From a virus (lineage: Duplodnaviria; Caudoviricetes): a stretch of DNA of 48,218 bases. The stretch lies in IMG/VR virus record IMGVR_UViG_3300029825_000013, positions 1 through 48,218 of that record; one strand, written 5' to 3'. Shown here one piece after another: positions 8,419-17,963 of this stretch. The position numbers and the translations under genes are program-made. Below the pieces are notes generated by a model. The model did no database searches. It saw only the letters and a list, made by a program, of their open reading frames with translations, and had not been told where the DNA came from. Numbering within the stretch: the stretch's first letter is position 1; every line of letters starts with the position of its first letter.

Positions 8419-8967
8419 ATGGGAAAACTAACAAGAAACCCGGTTGCAACTAAACAGCAAAGAGAACTGGCTAAACTACTCGTAGAAGGGGAAAAGACTT
8501 TAATAGAATGTTATGTGGAAGCATATAATCAAACGGAAGAACAACAACAGAACCGTGTAAGGTTATCAGCAAGGGCACACTCAGCAAGTAAAACTGCCGG
8601 AGTACAACATTATATAAAGTTATTTCAAGACCAACAGGCAATAGAAGAAGCGAGATTGTTGGTATGGGACAAACGAAAAGCATCAAAAAGACTTTTACAG
8701 ATGACAAAAGAAATTGAGACTAACATAGAGATAACAAGAAAGTTACGAGACAAAATGTTAGACGACAAGGAATTGAAAACTACTCAACAATTAAGTCAAA
8801 TGATGAAAGTAGCACAGATTTGTAACGATACAACAAGGGCTATAAAAGAAATAATGCGTGAGATGAACGAGATGTATGGTCTAACTAAGCCAGACATTAA
8901 CTTAACAAACGCAATACAGGTTATCATAGGTGGTGAAGAGGCACTACCAGATGACACAATTGATTAA
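8419..8967 (+). CDS. terS: terminase small subunit
   Basis: N-terminal HTH-like segment, helical body, C-terminal IQVIIGGE; upstream of terL. Confidence 0.6.
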   Translation: MGKLTRNPVATKQQRELAKLLVEGEKTLIECYVEAYNQTEEQQQNRVRLSARAHSASKTAGVQHYIKLFQDQQAIEEARLLVWDKRKASKRLLQMTKEIETNIEITRKLRDKMLDDKELKTTQQLSQMMKVAQICNDTTRAIKEIMREMNEMYGLTKPDINLTNAIQVIIGGEEALPDDTID

Positions 8968-8980
8968 GAAGGAGAATCAG

Positions 8981-9262
8981 ATGAAATCAAAGAAAAGATT
9001 TATTGAAGGTGACTTTGGCGATGGTAGTTTCTATGTAATGGATAAGAAACTATTTAGCAAGGGTGAGGCATTCAAGAAAGGTATAAACTTTTTTAGAGAT
9101 AAAGGTAGTGATGCAGAGTTAAAGATATATGCAGGTTATGTAAGGTATCTACCAAAAACACCAGCAGAAGATGTGCACGATTATGGTGAAGGTGGTTTAT
9201 ACAGAATCATTGACACGGCACAGAAAGGAGCATTTGAAGTCTGGATTGTGGAGGAAGTTTAA
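8981..9262 (+). CDS. hypothetical protein
   Basis: ATG 8981 behind AAGGAG. Confidence 0.65.
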   Translation: MKSKKRFIEGDFGDGSFYVMDKKLFSKGEAFKKGINFFRDKGSDAELKIYAGYVRYLPKTPAEDVHDYGEGGLYRIIDTAQKGAFEVWIVEEV

Positions 9263-9603
9263 TGTTAGAAAAAATAAAGAACGACCCAGAGATGGTAGAG
9301 TGTGAAAGAGTAACTCAACTACAAAAGAATTACATAAAGAAAAGAATAAATCAGGTACGCAAAGAAGCGGACGAAAAGATAATCAAGATGAAACAAACCA
9401 TTATAGATTTAACAAAGAAGCGAAATCAGGTGGCAGCAAAGTTATACAAAAGGTATTACACACCAGCAGGAAGAAAGGACTGGTACAAGAACAACGAATG
9501 TTATAAACTCTTTGGTAAACGAAAGAAGGAACTGACACCACAGGAATTGAAACAGTATAATAACATAATGGCAGATAAACGCAGAGGGCGTTTAATAAAG
9601 TAA
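9262..9603 (+). CDS. hypothetical basic protein
   Basis: 113 aa, coupled start. Confidence 0.65.
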   Translation: MLEKIKNDPEMVECERVTQLQKNYIKKRINQVRKEADEKIIKMKQTIIDLTKKRNQVAAKLYKRYYTPAGRKDWYKNNECYKLFGKRKKELTPQELKQYNNIMADKRRGRLIK

Positions 9604-9613
9604 TGGAGGAATT

Positions 9614-9937
9614 ATGAAAGTAAATATTTTAGGAACAGACTACAAGATTTTAAAGGACACACCGAAGAACAACAGCAAGTTAGTAAACGCAGCAGCGTAT
9701 GTGGAATTTCAAACAAAAGAAATTGTACTTGACGCACATAAGTATGATAAAGAACACAACTTAATAAAAGACTATGACAGGTTTAAAAGAAAGGTACTAC
9801 GACACGAGATAGTACACGCATTTTTGTTTGAAAGCGGATTGGAAGACTTAGCAGGTAACGAAGTGGTAGTGGACTGGATAGCAAATCAATTTCCAAAATT
9901 ACATAAGGCATTTAAGCAGTTAGGCGTGGAGGAGTAA
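9614..9937 (+). CDS. HEXXH zincin-like phage protein
   Basis: VLRHEIVHAFLFESGL...NEVVVDWIA. Confidence 0.7.
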   Translation: MKVNILGTDYKILKDTPKNNSKLVNAAAYVEFQTKEIVLDAHKYDKEHNLIKDYDRFKRKVLRHEIVHAFLFESGLEDLAGNEVVVDWIANQFPKLHKAFKQLGVEE

Positions 9938-9938
9938 G

Positions 9939-10085
9939 ATGTCAGAATTATCAATTTTGAAAGACAAACTAAGAAACACAAAAGAACGTAAGCGATTAAT
10001 AGAAGTAGAGATAGAATGTCTTAAAGCCGAGATAGCAAGGCTAGAAGCACGAGAAAGGTATAACAAATCAACAACAAGGACATAG
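9939..10085 (+). CDS. small coiled-coil protein (48 aa, below the ORF-track cutoff)
   Basis: GGAGG RBS; MSELSILKDKLRNTKERKRLIEVEIECLKAEIARLEARERYNKSTTRT. Confidence 0.6.
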   Translation: MSELSILKDKLRNTKERKRLIEVEIECLKAEIARLEARERYNKSTTRT

Positions 10086-10090
10086 CAGAG

Positions 10091-10118
10091 TTATCAACAT
10101 ATACACAAGTTATACACA
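10091..10118 (+). promoter_or_regulatory. three tandem DnaA-box-like 9-mers; candidate origin or pac-proximal site
   Basis: TTATCAACA, ATATACACA, TTATACACA in an intergenic gap. Confidence 0.45.
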
Positions 10119-10190
10119 ACAAAACACTAGCAAACGGCGAGGAAGAAGATAAAAAATATAACAACGAGCCATAGAGGAGGACAGAGTAGC

Positions 10191-11582
10191 GTGGAAAGAG
10201 TAGTACTACCGATGGAAAGCCTAGTAGGGAGAGAGTACAAGAAGATAATGCAATGCAAGAAGAGGTACCTAGTTATCAAGGGTAGCAGGGCGAGCAAGAA
10301 GAGTAAGAACACAGCATTGAGATGGATAAAGTTACTGTATGAGTATCCACTGAGTAACCTACTAGTAGCCAGGAAGCACACAGTATTGTTGAAGCAGTCG
10401 TGCAGAGCGGATTTGATATGGGCGATTAAGAAGTTAAAGGTAGAAGCAGACTGGAACATACCGAAAGCAGAGTTAACATTGACAAGGAAGTCAACGGGGC
10501 AGATGATAATGTTTAGAGGTGTATCAGAACCGGAAGGGTTAGCAAGTATAGCAGTAGAAGAAGGGCATTTGAATTTCTGTTGGGTGGAAGAAGCGTATCA
10601 GATTGATAACGAGAGTGACTTCAATATGCTAGATGAGTCAATTCGTGGTGAATTACCGGAAGGGTACTTTAAGCAGATAGTGTTAACATTCAACCCGTGG
10701 CACGAAAGCAGTTGGTTAAAGCGTAGGTTTTATACCTTGCAGCCGGGGGAGAAACAGGATGATGAAGTATCTTACATAGAAGGGAAGCAGAAGAGCACAG
10801 CATCAACACTAGCGTTAACAAGGAACTACACTTGTAATGAGTGGCTGGATGCAGCGGACTTAGCGAACTTTGAAAGGATGAAGATAGAGCAGCCAGCACG
10901 TTTTAAGGTGGCAGGTTTAGGAGAATGGGGTGTATCAGGTAGCACCATTTACACGAACTGGGAAGTAAGGGATTTCAACTGGAAAGGACTATTCTTTGAA
11001 AAAGATAACTATGGTAAACCAATTTATGAACATAGAATAGGGCTGGACTTTGGTTACTCACACAACACGGCAGGTGTAAGGCTACTGATAAACCGTGAGA
11101 AAAGGGAGATTTACATATGTGAAGAGTTATATGGAAACAGACTAAGCACAGATGAGATATTCTTTAAGTTACGAGAACTAGACTGGATACGCGAACCAAT
11201 ACACGCAGATAGTGAAGCACCCCAAACGATATTAGACTTACATAAGTTAGGCTGTAGTAGGATATTCGGGGTGAAGAAGGAAAAAGGCTCAGTAGCGAGT
11301 GGTATCACAATGTTAAGAGGTTATAAGATAATCATACACCCGAGTTGTGTGAACTTTGAGATAGAGATATCACACTACGCATTTAAACAGGATGCAAAAG
11401 GTAAGGAGTTACCAACACCAGCAAAAGAATGGGACCATTTAATGGATGCTATGAGATACTCATTAATAGACGAGTCAGCAGGAATAGAGTTTGTTAACAC
11501 GGATGTAGACAAGGTATCACAAAGCAGCGATGAGAGGAAGAGATACACCGAACAATTAAGAAGATTACAAGGCTACCATTAA
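10191..11582 (+). CDS. terL: terminase large subunit (PBSX/SPP1-like)
   Basis: KGSRASKKS Walker A, WVEEA Walker B, LTFNP, GLDFGY, DHLMDAMRY. Confidence 0.95.
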   Translation: MERVVLPMESLVGREYKKIMQCKKRYLVIKGSRASKKSKNTALRWIKLLYEYPLSNLLVARKHTVLLKQSCRADLIWAIKKLKVEADWNIPKAELTLTRKSTGQMIMFRGVSEPEGLASIAVEEGHLNFCWVEEAYQIDNESDFNMLDESIRGELPEGYFKQIVLTFNPWHESSWLKRRFYTLQPGEKQDDEVSYIEGKQKSTASTLALTRNYTCNEWLDAADLANFERMKIEQPARFKVAGLGEWGVSGSTIYTNWEVRDFNWKGLFFEKDNYGKPIYEHRIGLDFGYSHNTAGVRLLINREKREIYICEELYGNRLSTDEIFFKLRELDWIREPIHADSEAPQTILDLHKLGCSRIFGVKKEKGSVASGITMLRGYKIIIHPSCVNFEIEISHYAFKQDAKGKELPTPAKEWDHLMDAMRYSLIDESAGIEFVNTDVDKVSQSSDERKRYTEQLRRLQGYH

Positions 11583-11596
11583 GAGGTAGTCTTTTT
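11569..11596 (+). terminator. intrinsic terminator
   Basis: AAGGCTACC-loop-GGTAGTCTTTTT. Confidence 0.7.
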
Positions 11597-11606
11597 AGTG
11601 TAAAAA

Positions 11607-11618
11607 TATCGTACAATA
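11607..11618 (+). promoter_or_regulatory. phage-specific promoter motif TATCGTACAATA
   Basis: exact copy after a terminator. Confidence 0.75.
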
Positions 11619-11638
11619 CTTACAGGGTTGAAACTTAG

Positions 11639-11671
11639 AAAGTGTACTAAAATATCATATAATATTATGTA
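11639..11671 (+). promoter_or_regulatory. putative late promoter, copy 1
   Basis: AAAGTG-N4-AAAATATCATATAATATTATGTA, repeated at 21373. Confidence 0.7.
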
Positions 11672-11713
11672 AGGGAAGTAACACTGCCAAGTGTAGGCGG
11701 GAGGAGACATAAT

Positions 11714-12160
11714 ATGAAAGTGACTGTTGAATGCCTAAAAGGCAGAAAAGAGAAATATGAAAAAGTAATGACACCACACGGTGTTGATTTTTTATTGAAT
11801 AGAATGTTGAAACGCAGGTGGGTAGCAAACTATGGATATGTGGAAGGGACACTACAAGCAGATGGGGATGAACTAGACACATACATTTTAGGAAACGACG
11901 TAGCGATAGGTGGCACATACGAAGCATTACCTATATGTATGATTTATAGCGTGGATAACGGTGAAGTAGACAACAAGTTGATTTGTGCTACAAGAAGTGC
12001 AAAGAATATCAACAGAACAGTTAAGCGTATCATTAAGTTTGTCGGTAAATACAAGGCGAACAGTTATGTAGCAGGTGTAACTTGGAAAGACTTTAACATA
12101 AGATACGAACTAGCGAGAACAAAAGCAATGTACAAACTATTTAATAAGGGAGGTAACTAG
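11714..12160 (+). CDS. ppa: family I inorganic pyrophosphatase
   Basis: VE...KYE, ANYGYVEGT, DGDELD and D-x-G-x-x-D-x-K motifs. Confidence 0.85.
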   Translation: MKVTVECLKGRKEKYEKVMTPHGVDFLLNRMLKRRWVANYGYVEGTLQADGDELDTYILGNDVAIGGTYEALPICMIYSVDNGEVDNKLICATRSAKNINRTVKRIIKFVGKYKANSYVAGVTWKDFNIRYELARTKAMYKLFNKGGN

Positions 12161-12161
12161 T

Positions 12162-12815
12162 ATGTCAGTATTAGACGAAGTAGAGGCATTGAAAAACAAA
12201 GCAGAAACCGAGGAAATTAAGGTATTAACACCAGAAGAGGATAAAGTACCTATGGTGGCAGACAACACCGTTCAACGCGGATTAGAAAGGGCAATAGGTA
12301 AAACCATTGAAGAAGGCAAAGAGATAAAAGACTTAGCCAAAGACTTAACATATTTACAAGGGGCAAGTAATCTACAAAGTAACGATGAATTCAAAGAGAT
12401 TTATCAGGCAGAGTTAGGGAAGCAACTTGTGAACGACTTAAAAGATGAAGGCAAGCGACAAGCAGTAGTAAACGCGGCGAGAAAACAAGAGGCGATGAAC
12501 ATAAGAAGCAAAGCATACTACGACAGTGTGGAACCTATTTTTAAAACACTAGGGATAAACAAACCGTTTGGATTAATAGCAATGATAGTAACAAGCATAT
12601 TGTTAATGTTGCCATACTTGTTAGTAAGTCTTGTAATGTTTGTGATAAACAGCATCAACGAGATATTTACAGCGATAGCCAAGTTCTCAAAACCAGCGAT
12701 GTGGATATGTGGTGCAATAGTCTGCTTGGCAATAACAGCGGCGGTGGTATTATCAATACTATACGGAGTGGACGCAGTATTTGGTACAGACATATTTGGA
12801 AGGTATGTAGCCTAA
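12162..12815 (+). CDS. membrane protein with N-terminal coiled region
   Basis: C-terminal long hydrophobic segments. Confidence 0.7.
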   Translation: MSVLDEVEALKNKAETEEIKVLTPEEDKVPMVADNTVQRGLERAIGKTIEEGKEIKDLAKDLTYLQGASNLQSNDEFKEIYQAELGKQLVNDLKDEGKRQAVVNAARKQEAMNIRSKAYYDSVEPIFKTLGINKPFGLIAMIVTSILLMLPYLLVSLVMFVINSINEIFTAIAKFSKPAMWICGAIVCLAITAAVVLSILYGVDAVFGTDIFGRYVA

Positions 12816-12827
12816 GAGGAGGGTCAA

Positions 12828-14090
12828 GTGATAGATTTAGCAGTATTAACACCATTTGGAAGGAAGCAGTGGGTTAAGCGTAAGTGGGATGAGTACGAAA
12901 AGGAAAAGAACACAGAGGCAATTAAGTTAGCCAAACTAGCGTATGAGACACCGACTGCAAAAGAGTGGGAAGACAAACTTGATAAGAGTAAGTGGAAAAC
13001 TAACATTGACAGAAAGGTCAATTATCTGTTAGCACGCCCACCAATAGCGAAAGGGTATCAAGCACGATTAGACAGTCTACTTGATTTCATTAAAGAGTCA
13101 GCGAGGGAATTCATTTTACGAGGTTCTTTAATATGGATAGTGCAAGGTGACGGGGAAGCGGTAGAAGCAGAGCCGTACATAATGAACAGTACAATAGCGG
13201 TGTACTCAGATGAGAGTAAAGAAGAGCCGGTGGCATTCATAAGAAAAAGAACAGAGATAGAATTGGAGCCAGCAACAGGGGCGGAGAACGAGATTGAATT
13301 TTATGAAGTGTATTATGGCACAAGTAGAAGCACATTTTGTTACAGCGACCCAACAAGAGATAGAGAGGAAACATTGGTAAGTGTTCCACTATTCATTGAG
13401 TTAGGAAAAACAGGGGACGCACCACTATACGCATATGTATGTAGGTTGTTGGAAGCCTTTGATAAGATAATGAAGCACCAAGATACAACAGTGGAAAAGA
13501 ACACTAAACCACTGGTTGAGGTAAAAGGCTATCAGGGAGATAGTGACTCTGATTTAGACTATGCAGTTAACCAACTAAGTATAGCACGAGTAGCAGGTGA
13601 TGGTGGAGTAGTAATTCATAATCGTAATATGGATAGCACGAGTATTGATATATGGGCGAAAAGACTTAGTCAAGAATTTTACGAAGCAATGGCAACAGTA
13701 GGAAAAGACAATGAGTTACAATACGCTATGTCAGGAAAGGCGATGGATAGGTTGTTCATAGATATGGAGAACTCAGCCAGAGACTTAGCATCAGTACTTG
13801 AGAAAGCGTTGAAGGAATATTTTTCAAGTATCGGTTTACCACAGTTTGATATTATATGGAATACAGACAGACCGGTAGATGACGTGTCAACAATAGCAGC
13901 GATAGCACAAAGTCAGGGAGTATTAAGTCAAGAGACAATACTTGAGCAGCACCCTTGGGTAGACGACGTGGAGAAAGAATTACAAAGACTAGCAGCGGAA
14001 GGTTCGGCAGGGATGCTAGACTTGGTAGACCCGAATGAGTTTGAACATAATCACGAAGAGGATTATGATAAAGTGATAACGATGCCATAA
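12828..14090 (+). CDS. portal protein (SPP1 gp6-like)
   Basis: IDRKVNYLL, AMSGKAM, LSQETILEQHPWVDDVEKELQRL. Confidence 0.85.
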   Translation: MIDLAVLTPFGRKQWVKRKWDEYEKEKNTEAIKLAKLAYETPTAKEWEDKLDKSKWKTNIDRKVNYLLARPPIAKGYQARLDSLLDFIKESAREFILRGSLIWIVQGDGEAVEAEPYIMNSTIAVYSDESKEEPVAFIRKRTEIELEPATGAENEIEFYEVYYGTSRSTFCYSDPTRDREETLVSVPLFIELGKTGDAPLYAYVCRLLEAFDKIMKHQDTTVEKNTKPLVEVKGYQGDSDSDLDYAVNQLSIARVAGDGGVVIHNRNMDSTSIDIWAKRLSQEFYEAMATVGKDNELQYAMSGKAMDRLFIDMENSARDLASVLEKALKEYFSSIGLPQFDIIWNTDRPVDDVSTIAAIAQSQGVLSQETILEQHPWVDDVEKELQRLAAEGSAGMLDLVDPNEFEHNHEEDYDKVITMP

Positions 14091-14094
14091 GGCT

Positions 14095-14103
14095 TGTTAT
14101 AAT
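14095..14103 (+). promoter_or_regulatory. extended -10 promoter upstream of the holin
   Basis: TGTTATAAT shortly before the AAGGAGG RBS. Confidence 0.45.
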
Positions 14104-14124
14104 AAATAAAGGAGGAAGCACAGA

Positions 14125-14493
14125 ATGACATTTTTAGATGTACTTAACCTAGTTTTAAAACATTGGGATACACTAGTTAGCATTGTGGTGGTTTTAATAA
14201 CCAGTGTAACAACTTTGATTACACTTATTAAAACTAAGAAATGGAACAAGTTGTTAACTTATGTTAAAGAAGCGATGGCAGAAGCGGACACTTTTAAAAA
14301 TTATACAGGAGCAGAGAAGAAGGCTTTTGTATTAATGAAAGTAGAAGCATTTGCAAAAGCACACGGCATTAAGTTCAATATTGAAAAGGTTGCAAAAGCA
14401 ATTGAAGAATTTATTGAACTAACCAAAGCGGTAAATGCAAGAGAAAAAGATAAAGCAAAAGTGGAAAGCACAAAAGTAGCAACCATTAAGTAG
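14125..14493 (+). CDS. holin-like protein (LL-H-type)
   Basis: single N-terminal TM, then AE...GAEKK...V...IE..I pattern. Confidence 0.65.
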   Translation: MTFLDVLNLVLKHWDTLVSIVVVLITSVTTLITLIKTKKWNKLLTYVKEAMAEADTFKNYTGAEKKAFVLMKVEAFAKAHGIKFNIEKVAKAIEEFIELTKAVNAREKDKAKVESTKVATIK

Positions 14494-14504
14494 GAGGCAC
14501 AAGA

Positions 14505-17369
14505 ATGGCGACATATGATGATATTGCAACAAACCAACACATATTAGATATAGCAAACGGAATAAGGGCGATAACAAGAACCACAGAAGGGATGACTATA
14601 CCAGAGATGCCGGAAAGATTAACCAGCATAAGAGTGGTAGAACATAGAGAAGTGGAAGTAGACCTTAACGATTCTAGTTTGGTAGTAAGTTTAGGTGTGT
14701 ATCAAAATGATTTGAAGCATCTATTTATTGTTACGCCTAAAACAAGTGCTGATGCATCAATTCTACAAAGAGTAAAACCAGAAATAGAATTAAACTACGA
14801 TGCAGAAACAGGAGAGTTAAGTATGGGTTATCAAAGCCCAGCTGACTCTCTTGTTACACTGCTTGTAGTTGATTTACTTTTATCAAATGATGCAGAAGAT
14901 GCAGGTTTCTTGATAACACAAGGCGGTGGCGGGGCAATAGAACCATACAATCCAGACAGAGCCTATGAGTTAGGAGAAATGTTTTTATATAATAAGGGTA
15001 CAGAAGAAAGCCCAAACTACGCAGTGGGTATAACAATAGAAGCCCACGAAGCAGAAGAATATACCGAGAATCACAGTCAGGTACTAGCAACACAAATAAG
15101 GGAAGATGAAGAGTACCTAGACTTGAAAGACTTTGCAGAAAGAGTTAATGAACAGTTATTGCATTTAGGTGAAGATATAGAGAATATAAACGAAGAACTA
15201 GAGAAGAAGATAGATACTGTAAATAATATACTACCAGATAGTAATAAAAATGTTACTATAACTGGGTCAGATATTAAATTATCAGCGGATACAGATTTAA
15301 CAATGCCTGAAGTATTTGAAATGCAGGGAGAGGTAATTTCAGCGGCGTTAAAAGGGAAAATAAGTAAAGTAAATAATATAGGAACCACAGAAGAGAGCGC
15401 AGATATAGTACTAGATGGTTACGATATTAAATTAGATAAAGAGGATATAGATAGCCCTAGTCTTTCAGAAGGGCTATTGGCTTTAAACGAGTCATTACCA
15501 GATATAACTACAAGCATAATTGAATATGTAAATGAAAAAGATAATTTAAAGGTTGACAAAGTAGAAGGCAAAGGTTTATCAACTAACGACTACGACAACA
15601 CTGAAAAAGAGAAATTAGCACAAATACAGAATGGAGCACAAGTAAACTTACTTGAAAAAATACTTGTAAACAACGTAGAACAACCTATAACCGATAAGAC
15701 AGTAAATCTAACAACACCAACAAAAGTGTCAGATTTAACAGACGATACAGATGTAACACCAATTAAAAGAGCGGTAGCGGATAGCGATGGTAACACTATT
15801 AATGTGACTTATAGCAAGGTAGCGGATATAGTTAACAGTCTTTTATCAGATCAAACAGCAAAAGCACTATCAGCCGCACAGGGCAAAGCATTAAGAGAAC
15901 TGATTGAAGGTAAGGAACTTGGTAGGACGTACTCTAATATAGAAGCGATGGTAGAATCACTTAATATTGAGGCAGTAAATACTTTTGGCATAGCATTTAA
16001 TTTATTAATTGTGGATACAAAAGTACCCGACTTTTGGGTAGCAGAAAAAATGGGGACAAGCGTTCCATATACCTATACAACAGACCAAGCGTTAATAGAT
16101 GCAATACACATAGCACCAGTACAGATTGGTTACTATAAAATTAGTTTATCAGAAACAGCAAAAGTAGACTTAACCGATTATGTTGAAAAAACCTTAACAA
16201 TAGCCGGATTAAACTTGGAACAGGATATAACAAAATCAGATTTACAAACAGCGCTAGATTTTGATAACAAGGTAGACAAGGTAGCAGGTAAAGGGTTAAG
16301 CGAGGCAAACTTTACGTCAGCAGAAAAGACAAAACTGTCAGCAATACAGGAAGGGGCGCAAGTTAACACAATTACAGGTATCAAAGGTAGCAGTGAAGGT
16401 ACTTATAGAGTAGGCAATGTAAACATTACAAAAGCAAACATTGGTTTAAGTGATGTAGACAACACAGCGGATAGTGATAAACAAGTTCTAAGTGCAACAA
16501 AATTAACAACTGCAAGAACAATAGCAGGTGTAAGTTTTGATGGTACAGCAAATATAGAAGTACCATTTACAAATCTTGTGGCTAAGCCAACAACATTAAC
16601 AGGATATGGAATTGCGGATGCGATGACTTTAGATACAAACCAATCAGTTACAGGAGTTAAAAGATTTGTATACCCTATACGTTTAGATCCAGATGATGAA
16701 TACTATAATACTATTGGAACGCATCAAGGTTATGCACATATAACGGCAACAAGAGGGTTAAGAATAACAGATGGAAACTTATTTACACCAAAAGGCATCT
16801 ATGTGAGCGATGTTGAAATGGCGCCGATGATGGGAAGTACATCAAATTACAGTGTAGGTACACTAACCACTCCATTTACGAACGGTTATTTTTCAAACTT
16901 ATATGAAAACGGTACAACATTAAGTAGCAGATATGTTAGTCTATCAGGCGACCAAACAATTACAGGTGTGAAAACATTTTCTAGCACAATAGTAGGTAAC
17001 ATTAGTGGTGAAGCGGGAGAGGCAGCAAAGTTAAAAGGAACAGACGTTAGAAGTACAAACGAGCAACCACAGTGGTATTTTACAAAAGCAATAGGATTCG
17101 TAAGTGAATTTAAACAGTCAAGTGTAATTGGATTAAGTGATACATATTATTGTTTATTGTTAACAAATGTTCCGTGGGTAGACGCAAGTGGTGGTTTACC
17201 AAGTCAGGTAGCATATATGTCAAACGGAGTAATTTACAAACGAAGTGCAGCAAGCGCAACTACTTGGAATGCTTGGACACAATTAATTGATGCTAGTTCG
17301 GCACAAACAATTAGTGGTAATAAAACACTAAGTGGTACAACAACAATAACAGGAACGTTAGTAATTTAG
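14505..17369 (+). CDS. long fibre protein
   Basis: IANGIR..T..MT..EM N-terminal motif, two KVDKVxGKGLS...EKxKL..IQxGAQVN repeats, QTIxGxKT repeats, knob-like PWVDASGG...TWNAW domain. Confidence 0.75.
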   Translation: MATYDDIATNQHILDIANGIRAITRTTEGMTIPEMPERLTSIRVVEHREVEVDLNDSSLVVSLGVYQNDLKHLFIVTPKTSADASILQRVKPEIELNYDAETGELSMGYQSPADSLVTLLVVDLLLSNDAEDAGFLITQGGGGAIEPYNPDRAYELGEMFLYNKGTEESPNYAVGITIEAHEAEEYTENHSQVLATQIREDEEYLDLKDFAERVNEQLLHLGEDIENINEELEKKIDTVNNILPDSNKNVTITGSDIKLSADTDLTMPEVFEMQGEVISAALKGKISKVNNIGTTEESADIVLDGYDIKLDKEDIDSPSLSEGLLALNESLPDITTSIIEYVNEKDNLKVDKVEGKGLSTNDYDNTEKEKLAQIQNGAQVNLLEKILVNNVEQPITDKTVNLTTPTKVSDLTDDTDVTPIKRAVADSDGNTINVTYSKVADIVNSLLSDQTAKALSAAQGKALRELIEGKELGRTYSNIEAMVESLNIEAVNTFGIAFNLLIVDTKVPDFWVAEKMGTSVPYTYTTDQALIDAIHIAPVQIGYYKISLSETAKVDLTDYVEKTLTIAGLNLEQDITKSDLQTALDFDNKVDKVAGKGLSEANFTSAEKTKLSAIQEGAQVNTITGIKGSSEGTYRVGNVNITKANIGLSDVDNTADSDKQVLSATKLTTARTIAGVSFDGTANIEVPFTNLVAKPTTLTGYGIADAMTLDTNQSVTGVKRFVYPIRLDPDDEYYNTIGTHQGYAHITATRGLRITDGNLFTPKGIYVSDVEMAPMMGSTSNYSVGTLTTPFTNGYFSNLYENGTTLSSRYVSLSGDQTITGVKTFSSTIVGNISGEAGEAAKLKGTDVRSTNEQPQWYFTKAIGFVSEFKQSSVIGLSDTYYCLLLTNVPWVDASGGLPSQVAYMSNGVIYKRSAASATTWNAWTQLIDASSAQTISGNKTLSGTTTITGTLVI

Positions 17370-17380
17370 GAGGTAGAGAG

Positions 17381-17962
17381 TTGAGAAATAATGTAAATGT
17401 TCAAGTGTATACGTCTTGTAACTGTGATTGTAAGTTCTGTCATTTTGCGGATAGAAATAATATAAAAATTAACCCACAGTTTGTTTTAGACTACTTAAAT
17501 GAGAATGGGCACGTTATAGACGTGGTATTAACAGGTGGTGAACCAACATTCGCAATAGACGAATGTGTAGAAATCATTAAAGGACTTAAAGAGACAAACA
17601 GAGTGGTAACTTTACAGACTAACGGCTGGTGGGGAGAAAACGAAAAAATAAAAACAGCATTAAAAGAAAACCCACCGTCAATAGTTCATTTAAGTGTGGA
17701 CAACGAGAAACAAAAAACAATACCTATTGAAACAGTTTTAAAGGCACATAGATTTTTAGTGGAAAACGGAATTAAAACATTTGTAGTAAATCACACTTTA
17801 AGGGATGATAACGACGAACATAACTACTACAAAAGTTTATTTGACGATTTGAAATACGGAAGAATAGTTTATGATAATGGTACGGATTTAAACGATTGTG
17901 GTGTAGCATTACTAGCAGTTAATAAGGTTGGAAGACTCAACATTAAAGGGTGGGTGATGTAA
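17381..17962 (+). CDS. small radical SAM protein
   Basis: TTG start with AGGAGG RBS; CNCDCKFC (CxxxCxxC), LTGGEP, QTNGWW, LSVD. Confidence 0.9.
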   Translation: MRNNVNVQVYTSCNCDCKFCHFADRNNIKINPQFVLDYLNENGHVIDVVLTGGEPTFAIDECVEIIKGLKETNRVVTLQTNGWWGENEKIKTALKENPPSIVHLSVDNEKQKTIPIETVLKAHRFLVENGIKTFVVNHTLRDDNDEHNYYKSLFDDLKYGRIVYDNGTDLNDCGVALLAVNKVGRLNIKGWVM

Positions 17963-17963
17963 T

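Noticed and set aside
11679-11700. Twister ribozyme (TAACACTGCCAA resembles a known twister 5' part)
   Set aside because: The remaining conserved core is absent; only a small ACACT/AGTGT hairpin remains.
17381-17962. Radical SAM as QueE completing the preQ0 pathway
   Set aside because: It lacks the F(V/I)R..GC..C..CDT and SPK features I associate with QueE, has TNGWW/SVD instead, lies far from queC, and folE/queD are missing. Not fully excluded.
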